Shown in pieces: positions 55,901-61,425 of a DNA stretch of 64,000 nucleotides. The translations under genes were made by a program, and so were the position numbers. Under the pieces are notes generated by a model. It saw nothing but the letters and a program-made list of their open reading frames with translations, ran no database searches and had not been told where the DNA came from. Within the stretch, counting starts at the first letter, position 1, and each line of letters begins with the position of its first letter. Source of the stretch: Verrucomicrobiales bacterium (GTDB taxonomy: Bacteria > Verrucomicrobiota > Verrucomicrobiia > Verrucomicrobiales > V1-33); contig JANOAV010000072.1 of assembly GCA_031411295.1 (NCBI GenBank), positions 1 through 64,000 of the forward strand, in the 5' to 3' direction.

Positions 55901-58802
55901 AAATGTGGAGCGACACGCCTCCCGCCATCGCCCAGGTGCCGGGAAGGCTTGTGGCATGGGCGTCCCGCCCATAAGCCTTAGCGCTGACCGGTTCTGGGGA
56001 AATGCTGGGGTTCGGAGTTTGCTGTGCTTTGGTGGGGTCGGGACCGGGTGCTGCTGGCGAAGCGTCTGGGCTTGGGGGCAGAATGCCCCCGCCACGCTCG
56101 AGGAGGGGGAGCGTTTCGCTCCCCTTGGTGGCTTTTTCATTTTCAAGAGGGGCGGGCCGACCCCCCTCCTTTTTCCTGACCTTGGTGATTTTGTTGACAA
56201 TTTTCTGCGCAGCCGCTTCCGTGAAATTTCCTGTGATCATGACCGATGCTCCCATTTCTGATTGGATCGTTGGTGCAGTGAGGACCACTCCATCAGCCAC
56301 GATGGCCAAGGCTTCGTGAAGGTGAGCCTTAGAGAATGTGCTCATTTTTTCTGCGCCTGCGGGAGTGAGTTCTAAGAGAATACTCCAAGGATTGCTCTCC
56401 GCCTCATTCCTTTGGGTGACTGCTGACTTCACGTCTTCCATTGTGAGGATTGGGGCACGCTCCAATTGCAGCCATGCTTCTTTACCCACGGGCACGGGAG
56501 CACGCCAAGTCTCAGAGAAAGGAGTGTCTTTAGGGCTCACCGCACGAAACTCCACGGGGCTGAAATATTGCAGTGAGGGATGGGGAAATAACTTTCTGAA
56601 CTGCTCGTAAATCGGGATCAGGACATCGTATGGTGTGCCGCGCTCCAAGTGGATTCGCAGGATGCGGGTATCACTGACGATACGATCCAAGGCGTCATGC
56701 AACTCGCCAATCGTGATCGGTTTGCGAGGGGCCTCTGCTTTGGCGTCGTTATACAAATACATCGTGCCATCGCTCTCGATACGCAGGAGGTCATCTGCTG
56801 GAATGCCTTTGGTTTCTTCCGCTTCTGCGATTGCTCTGGCAATGAATTGCTGGAAACGCTGTAACATTTCTTGGCATATTTGAACATCCCCGCGTTGGAA
56901 GTCAGCTTGCAGCTTCTCCTGCCACTTGGCTTTCATTGCTAGTAAATCGTGCAGGTCCAGCTCATCCTGCATCACCAGTAACTCAGTGCCTCCAGGCCAT
57001 CGGCCAATTTTTAATAGTTCGATACCACCATCCATTATTTTGAGACGAGACGCGATCTGATCCGGTGAAAATTTCGGATTTCTCTTTTGTGATTCTTCAA
57101 ATGTGGCTTTCGCCCTCTCGAATTCTTCCACAACGGAGCGGTCAACCCCAGTATGCCAAAATGGTCCATTGGGGATTTTTCGATAAGCCTCCAAGTAGGT
57201 CGCACGAATTTGCTGCTTCAAATTTCCCGGGAGAGGAGGAAGTTCATGCGGGGCGGGACGCCCCTCCACCTTGGGCTTGGCTGTCGCTTCATCCCAAGCA
57301 GCCATCATGGCTTCCTGTTTATTGAGTAGCGGATTTTTGACCGTGACTTGTTGCAGATTGCCCTCAGCGGTTAGCAGCAAAACGCGGCCCTTGGTGAGGT
57401 CGATTGAGAGCGGCGGGGCATCCTTCCTGAAATTTGATTTAACTTCCAGTTCATTGGTATTGGAGGATCTCACGGTTAGCTCTAGGTATTCCCCGTTCAG
57501 TGCTTTCATGTTACACCGCACCACGGTCCATGGCTTAACTTTGCTCATTTCAGGAAGATACCATGAGGGACCGGTTTGGTTGCCTGCTGCTTCAATGATG
57601 GCGAAGATGGGTGTCTTGCCAACCGCAACGTAAACGGCGTGACAGGTTTGATTGCCGACCTCTCCAGTGGTTGCTTGGATGATCGCTTCATTCTCAAGAG
57701 GGGCGGGCCGCCCCTCCTCCTTTGCGAGGGCAAACGGGATGATGGCCAAGGCTAGCACGGCTAGGAGTCCCAACGGCCAGGAGCGGGATTTCTCTTCTGG
57801 CAGGCCCAGGATGCGGCGGATGCGAGCCAGCAGGGAGCCGCCGGTGGCGGAAACGCTGAGGACGGGCGCCACTCCGCGCAGTTCTTCCAAGGCGGTTAGG
57901 GCTTTGGCATAACCGAGTGCTCCGCCGCAGGCGCTGGCAGCCAGGTCATCACAACAATGCTCGCGTTCTTCGCGCATTTTAGTGGAGATCCACCAGACCG
58001 CGGGGTGGTAGAAAAACAACGTTTCCATGAAATGCTGGAACAGATTAGCCAGGTAATCATGTCGGCGGATGTGGGCCAGTTCGTGGGCCAGGATGGCTTC
58101 CAGTTGGGCGGTCGTCAGGCCAGTGAACAATCCTGCAGGCACCAGCACCACGGGCTTCAACCATCCGATGACCATGGGCACAGCAATGGCTGCCGAGGAC
58201 AGAAATTGCACCGGGCGACTGACTTCCAGCACGGCACGGAGTTGGGAGAAACGTTGTTTCCATTCCGCGCTGACAATGTCCTGGCCACTGCGTTTCCAGC
58301 CACGCACCGCCAGCAACGCAAAGAGGAAACGTAGCGCAAAACACACCACGCCCACCGCCCAGAGGCCAAGCGCCCACGGCAAATACGGGCGCACTTTTTC
58401 AGAAAATGGCACGGGTGGTGGTGCCGGCAACGGTGCAGCCTCAGCCAGGGGAGCAGCTGCCACCGGCGGTGCCTGCGGGATTAGCGGAGGCATGGCTTCC
58501 GGGATTACAGCAGGCTGCATAAGTGGTTCCTGGTAAGGCCTATAGGCCGTATAGGTCTCATGGGACCTATTTTCTGAAACCACCGCCACCACAGGACGCT
58601 CCCAAACTACCGCCAGCGTCCCCAGAAACGCCCCCAGCATCAACAGCAGTGCCAAACCCGCCAATGCATAGCGCACTTGCGCGGTGCGCTGCCGCAGCAC
58701 CCGCAAGCACAAGCCCAGCAGCAGGGCCACCACCGCACCCTGCCAGAGAAAATGCAGCAACGCCCAACCGAGCGCCTCTGTGTAATTATTCAAGAAGTGC
58801 AT
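49980..58802 (-). CDS. Giant BlaR1-like M56 metallopeptidase sensor with multi-module C-terminal region (2940 aa)
   Basis: ALGWALLHFLWQG, PMVIGWLKP, HELAHIRRHD zinc motif, EREHCCDD, RIRRIL; then modules including a SecD/F P1-head-like region (LAIVADG..TAPTIQ....ITGNFT) and ExbD-like and Ig-like regions. Confidence 0.92.
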   Translation of the reverse strand: MHFLNNYTEALGWALLHFLWQGAVVALLLGLCLRVLRQRTAQVRYALAGLALLLMLGAFLGTLAVVWERPVVAVVSENRSHETYTAYRPYQEPLMQPAVIPEAMPPLIPQAPPVAAAPLAEAAPLPAPPPVPFSEKVRPYLPWALGLWAVGVVCFALRFLFALLAVRGWKRSGQDIVSAEWKQRFSQLRAVLEVSRPVQFLSSAAIAVPMVIGWLKPVVLVPAGLFTGLTTAQLEAILAHELAHIRRHDYLANLFQHFMETLFFYHPAVWWISTKMREEREHCCDDLAASACGGALGYAKALTALEELRGVAPVLSVSATGGSLLARIRRILGLPEEKSRSWPLGLLAVLALAIIPFALAKEEGRPAPLENEAIIQATTGEVGNQTCHAVYVAVGKTPIFAIIEAAGNQTGPSWYLPEMSKVKPWTVVRCNMKALNGEYLELTVRSSNTNELEVKSNFRKDAPPLSIDLTKGRVLLLTAEGNLQQVTVKNPLLNKQEAMMAAWDEATAKPKVEGRPAPHELPPLPGNLKQQIRATYLEAYRKIPNGPFWHTGVDRSVVEEFERAKATFEESQKRNPKFSPDQIASRLKIMDGGIELLKIGRWPGGTELLVMQDELDLHDLLAMKAKWQEKLQADFQRGDVQICQEMLQRFQQFIARAIAEAEETKGIPADDLLRIESDGTMYLYNDAKAEAPRKPITIGELHDALDRIVSDTRILRIHLERGTPYDVLIPIYEQFRKLFPHPSLQYFSPVEFRAVSPKDTPFSETWRAPVPVGKEAWLQLERAPILTMEDVKSAVTQRNEAESNPWSILLELTPAGAEKMSTFSKAHLHEALAIVADGVVLTAPTIQSEMGASVMITGNFTEAAAQKIVNKITKVRKKEGGRPAPLENEKATKGSETLPLLERGGGILPPSPDASPAAPGPDPTKAQQTPNPSISPEPVSAKAYGRDAHATSLPGTWAMAGGVSLHIYGEVIHGSDVSTTAILSWPALGNRPAQHWSTWIAGDVFAARSLYAVAWDAQHAVLWIASRDVSSNAKNASGKPIANRFTRVDFSDPNLITETSTNGWPKEHPPSAEVMAQMATLMEVPQDQQPDASTLYSWSTAGNPERINLANVQNLSVQMDKASTLTVSLESEKKTCTMDELAQTIKALALDWEMKRASTQGDLKPTQRVTIAASADISAEALQKIIQGCTKANFGPLASGTGVPPVSPDASAAAPTRDPTKGEPTQNHNISPDPASAPARGQNAPATASLADAQYLEACALAADGEKLLEAKDNTAAYYKFKDAAKLLDTLSKNHPNMRSAELISTREKLKQLTENALRGEIVKHRPMMKIRGVNLGDFPGQTDASKFPEVLEPYPGKPKLFRERKDVFSVALADQGPSIYFKAGSDHFYFKVWNFPDPDLYYGPIPGHPSHLGIAAWMREPEQFKRPDKMLFVASEMMKSGDETLAEIALGWLDEVQQGTPRSYERAVEEVKTWLAAHPDSQFAATGRETLTKLTSTAGRVADEWDKARPILPDDRYQAGELMAADLPGVVWGEPNPVGLRLGVAQLEPTPSYKFGDEIKLTSIYLRNDGQKPIKFSYSLAPKHNFYAQIHGPKEEISSTGIIMNPTKGQHCRLEPGRALKLSANYQMTLMVESERANNTTFIPAGATNPSKPLPTNPICVNAAGDCKLRVICNLSGYDVLDESGHMLPTPAGEWTGRLAAADIPIKILEQDAGSPAPLERGTGVPPVSPDTAPTRDPTKGEPTPNNNISPDPGSVKADGRDAHATFAAPLAPTPPDALNLRIAENLSLLSPKVQPKPSGWLAEETNGAAMEMVTDAPRGLPWLEENYPPSYIPMIGGAFRVNAPGDAPLNRTITDPDSMKANSSSLLTHGSIIPPSTDPRINQINRANKLIQELTGEPNSGPTAKIRSLQPPGKMISTTDPLHPTADPFAPPTAPDKLAEARQNGIQIKVMDAEGKPLKDFRVIAGVPSSVSAEFEKAHNVKVANWQSHTLHFGHREGLIWPLDKAYDDMALRVEADGYVPQMVAGLDRKKGGQELSFKFVPDQGVSGSVTLPDGKSPASKATVVLAMIRRNFRYLAKEAHSDDIADLAGGPTTPREQWDRPRSVSADDAGKFTLPTEIDPTAVVLIYHQDGVLEMSYAKWLVNPNVTLQPWGRIRGRVHWGDRVGAGETIDLSVNHGDAYGYPDIISQSDSTTADAEGNFTFERVLPGLAQLSIPFKTKDAKGAEFTTYQDGMTIHADVKAPQTEVTMGGVGRLVKGQLMGRDNWDGVTFHFHPTAPHIGFAGDDMMWQAWRDFQNSPKGPVFFRDGLKVNVDGSFAIPGMLPGRYQIFFSKDGEKSHVASSQFTVEVEKPNVKPAPLILPEIKAIKEEGRPAPPEKENDNKGGGTPPLLERGTGVPPVSLEASPADSTPDPTKVQSPPKPKVSIVPGSRRADGRDAHATMTFAEHCKKVAAGKGVVNELNTITAWGAEQQGLQAGLIMLGKSVWGEPCAGWIVVQNTSATETREFTLCQSSNTLHFLAEDEHGNALTCQEWFGKLFGNDALITKKLGPGEQLAFSIDAITISQFADQPAPSIHLPENERTCRLWFDLDQIIRPQVPMKSFTTGKVLMNMVQGPEEEVRRREALKAAQDQARAVPKVELLQDAEGSLLVITRGVERVRIYSSEPLKHTLTVDTRTKEEAWSLHGDVIVEHKDGTVSKLPANWASDAPEKFVVDGQTFQRQTFRIKVHDSHAPDTKNQEVSSADAEPDNPWHFKPEIFLRIQPDSKVLALFPTDNITKENELTNIRKCLQELDARAIKYALSRALANQRHGVIEWKEEQSDGERMLKLKIAEDGKIQFLPTPDRMIERKLEPARLTALKKWITGLGQTSVPPKVTSATPQEGEFHMWKSFEILPGATHFSIIDNKNANTVSHRFWSANGPLGNSNYEQIKARLLELVK
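51475..51695. repeat. In-frame REPIN linker A (two inverted REP pairs)
   Basis: gtggcatgggcgtcccgccc 51475 / gggcgggacgcccgtgccac 51600; agggggcgtcccgcccccctt ~51630 / gaggggcgggccgcccctcc 51671. Confidence 0.9.
53503..53667. repeat. In-frame REPIN linker B
   Basis: gtggcatgggcgtcccgccc 53503 / gggcgggacgcccgtgccac 53619; gaggggcgggactgcccgc 53645. Confidence 0.9.
55063..55207. repeat. In-frame REPIN linker C (variant left arm)
   Basis: gtggcgggggcattctgtccc 55063 / gggcgggacgcccgtgccac 55188; spacer nearly identical to that of B. Confidence 0.88.
55951..56172. repeat. In-frame REPIN linker D (variant right arm) plus second REP pair
   Basis: gtggcatgggcgtcccgccc 55951 / ggggcagaatgcccccgccac ending 56095; ggggagcgtttcgctcccc ~56106; gaggggcgggccgacccccctcc ~56147. 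Confidence 0.88.
57249..57723. repeat. Two single in-frame REP copies (about 57249-57267 and 57697-57723) flanking module 1
   Basis: ggggcgggacgcccctcc (EGRPAP) and gaggggcgggccgcccctcctcc (KEEGRPAPL). Confidence 0.8.
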
Positions 58803-58814
58803 GCTGGGTGCTGG

Positions 58815-59204
58815 TTAAGATTCATTGCCTTCCATTTTATCCAGCAGCCGACGAATGTCCGCCAACTCCTGTTTGCTGGCCTTGCGCTCGCTCAGCGCCT
58901 GCATTACCAACTGACCGGGATTTCCCCCGAACGCCTTCTGCAACAAGTCCCGCACCAGTTGGCGCTGCGTTTGTTCCGCCTTGATGGCTGCATGGTAAAT
59001 GTGGGAGCGGGCGGATTCGTCACGCTCCACCAATCCTTTGTCCGCCATCTTCTGGAGGATCTTCAGTGTGGTGGTGTAACCCGTTTCCTTCTCATCTCCC
59101 ATGGCCTCGTGAATCTCCCGCACCGTGCTGGGGCCGCGCTCCCAGAGGACTCGCAGCAGTTGGAGTTCGGCTTCAGTGGGTTTCGGTAGATTTTTCAGGC
59201 TCAT
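58815..59204 (-). CDS. blaI: BlaI/MecI/CopY-family repressor
   Basis: PTEAELQLLRVLWERGPSTVREI, YTTTLKILQKMADKGLV, FGG; directly upstream of the M56 gene. Confidence 0.92.
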   Translation of the reverse strand: MSLKNLPKPTEAELQLLRVLWERGPSTVREIHEAMGDEKETGYTTTLKILQKMADKGLVERDESARSHIYHAAIKAEQTQRQLVRDLLQKAFGGNPGQLVMQALSERKASKQELADIRRLLDKMEGNES

Positions 59205-59211
59205 GGCGGCC

Positions 59212-59254
59212 ATCATACGATCCGTGTCGTAGGTTGTCAACGACGAATGTCGTA
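59212..59254 (-). promoter_or_regulatory. Sigma70 promoter of blaI-M56 with two inverted-repeat operators
   Basis: Minus strand TTGACA (59240-59235), 17 nt, TATGAT (59217-59212); palindromes TACGA-N6-TCGTA (59216-59231) and AACGA-N6-TCGTA (59239-59254). Confidence 0.85.
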
Positions 59255-59291
59255 TGTTGAGATGAGGCGCGCGAATTCTTTGGGCGCGCGC

Positions 59292-59323
59292 TAGTCCTTT
59301 AGTCCTTTAGTCCTTTAGTCCTT
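59292..59323. repeat. 8-bp tandem repeat (TAGTCCTT)x4 overlapping the M28 stop codon
   Basis: Units start at 59292, 59300, 59308 and 59316. Confidence 0.85.
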
Positions 59324-60322
59324 GAGCGGGGCGGAGAGGAGTTTCTCGATGGTCTGGAGCGTGGTCTGGCCCGCAATTTCCAAGCTCTTCTCGCTGATGG
59401 AATCCATGCTATCCGAGGAGGTGTGCCACGCCTTGAAATCCAGATCGATGATGTCCACAGCTTTGATCCCGGAAACCAGGAACGGCACGTGATCGTCCAG
59501 AATCTGGCCGCGAGAGTTGCCGAAGTAGGCTTCGTATTTTAGCTCTGCGGCTGCGGTGAAAACGAGCTTCCTCAGGCTGTCGGTAGAGTTCGCTGGAATC
59601 TCGATTTTGAAATCTTTATCGCCCACCATGTCCAGGAGGATCATGAAGGCGGGACGTTGCACGGAGGGGAGTTGCCGCATTTCCTTTACGTAGTGACGGC
59701 TGCCATAGAGGCCGTCACTGGGGAGCGGGGCCCCATTTTCGGTGTCATATTTGACGGTGGCTTCCTCTCCATCGAAGAAGACCAGTTCGATAAACTGCGC
59801 GGCATCGGCTCGAGCGCCCAACACCCGGGCGAATTCCAAGAGCACGCCCGTGCTGGACCCGCCGTCGTTGGCACCAACGAACGCGAACGAACTGAAGAGC
59901 TTGGTATCAAAATGCGAGCCCAGCAGGATGGCGCAGGGACGATTCCAGGTATCGCTGCCAGCGATGGGCAGGCGGGCGCGGACGTTGGTAAATTCAATAG
60001 TTCCCTTGGGGGTGTAATCGCTGAAGGTTTGCAATTTCACGTCCCAGCCGACGGCTTTGAGTTGCTCCACCAGATAGTTGCGACATTTAGCCAGGGCTTC
60101 ACTGCCGGCCGGACGCGGTCCGAAATCGACCTGAGCCTTGACGTGGGCCATGGCTTTGGCGGCGGAGTAGTCAGCCCGCAGGGGCTTGGCGGGGTCTGGT
60201 TTGAAGAGCGTGAGCGCTTGCTCGGCGGCCTGCTTTTCTTTGGAATCACAAGCGGTGAGGCCCAAGAGGCCCGCAGTGGTGAGTGTTAGCAGGAAGAGAC
60301 GGGAAACAAGCAGGGAACGCAT
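59315..60322 (-). CDS. M28-family peptidase / glutaminyl cyclase-like lipoprotein
   Basis: Lipobox LTAC; FGPRPAGS, SHFDTK, GANDGGSS, FFDGEE, LLDMVG, DDHVPF, WHT. Confidence 0.88.
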   Translation of the reverse strand: MRSLLVSRLFLLTLTTAGLLGLTACDSKEKQAAEQALTLFKPDPAKPLRADYSAAKAMAHVKAQVDFGPRPAGSEALAKCRNYLVEQLKAVGWDVKLQTFSDYTPKGTIEFTNVRARLPIAGSDTWNRPCAILLGSHFDTKLFSSFAFVGANDGGSSTGVLLEFARVLGARADAAQFIELVFFDGEEATVKYDTENGAPLPSDGLYGSRHYVKEMRQLPSVQRPAFMILLDMVGDKDFKIEIPANSTDSLRKLVFTAAAELKYEAYFGNSRGQILDDHVPFLVSGIKAVDIIDLDFKAWHTSSDSMDSISEKSLEIAGQTTLQTIEKLLSAPLKD

Positions 60323-60340
60323 GGGAATGGTTGGATAAAT

Positions 60341-61291
60341 TTAATCCAGCTTCACCCCGAAGGCTTCCAGCAGGCGGCTGAGATCTTCATTGCCGTAATA
60401 TTCGATCTCGATCTTCCCCTTCTTTTCACCGTGGCTCACTTGCACGTGGGTGCCGAATTTATCCCGCAGGCGATTCTGAATTTTGGCGATGTGGGGGTCG
60501 TGGCCTTTGGTGGCTTTGGGGGTGCCGGAGATCGTGTTGGCGGGCACGGGAGCGGGCTTGCCTTCCAGTTCGGCCTGCACTTGCTTCTCGGTCTGGCGGA
60601 CGGTGAGGTTGCCGCGGACCACTTGATCGGCCACTAAATTTTGCAGTGCGTGATCCCGCAGGCCGAGAATGGCTTTGGCGTGCCCCGTGGAAATGCGACC
60701 TTGGGCGAGGAGGCTTTTGACATCGGGGGCCAAGTCGATCAGACGCATGGAATTGGCCACGGTGGCTCGGTTCTTGCCCACGCGCTTGGCGATGTCCTCC
60801 TGCTTCATGTTGAACTCTTTGGCCAAGCGGCAGTAGGCCTCCGCTTCTTCCATGGGGTTGAGGTCCTCACGTTGTAAATTTTCGATGAGGGCCATCTCCA
60901 AGACGTCCCGATCGGAGGCTTCGCGAATGATGACGGAAACTTCGGTGAGTCCCAATTTCTGCGAGGCGCGGAACCGACGCTCCCCTGCGATGAGTTCCAA
61001 TTTCCCATGGACCTTGCGCACGATGAGTGGCTGGATGAGCCCATGCTCACGAATGGATTCCATGAGTTCGTCCAGATGTTCGTCCCGGAAGGTTTTCCGT
61101 GGCTGCATGGGACTGGAGGTGATCGTGGCGATGTCCACCTTGTTGACCAAGGTGGCATTCGGGTCGTCCGGCAGTGGAGCCACCGCAGCGGGAGGTAAGC
61201 CTGCAGCGGCGTTCTGGCTGCCGCTATCCCAGCGTCGGGAAGCCCCGCTAATCAGCGCGTCGAGGCCTTTGCCTAGGGATTTCTTTTGCAT
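60341..61291 (-). CDS. parB: ParB/Spo0J chromosome partition protein
   Basis: LGKGLDALI, QPRKTF, LIAGERRFRA, ALIENLQREDL, HTH, KGKIEIEYY. Confidence 0.95.
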   Translation of the reverse strand: MQKKSLGKGLDALISGASRRWDSGSQNAAAGLPPAAVAPLPDDPNATLVNKVDIATITSSPMQPRKTFRDEHLDELMESIREHGLIQPLIVRKVHGKLELIAGERRFRASQKLGLTEVSVIIREASDRDVLEMALIENLQREDLNPMEEAEAYCRLAKEFNMKQEDIAKRVGKNRATVANSMRLIDLAPDVKSLLAQGRISTGHAKAILGLRDHALQNLVADQVVRGNLTVRQTEKQVQAELEGKPAPVPANTISGTPKATKGHDPHIAKIQNRLRDKFGTHVQVSHGEKKGKIEIEYYGNEDLSRLLEAFGVKLD

Positions 61292-61425
61292 GGGATAATC
61301 GAAGTTGGGAGTAGGAAGTTGAACGAAATTGGGAAAAGTGGGAAGGATAGAGAGCAAACTCTGCACCCACATGCAAGCAGAAGTCCACGCACGCTGGGGT
61401 GGATGGAATTTAACCCCAGCAATGC

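Noticed and set aside
49980..58802. Beta-lactam resistance locus
   Set aside because: No recognisable penicillin-binding sensor domain in the C-terminal region and no beta-lactamase adjacent; the ligand is unknown.
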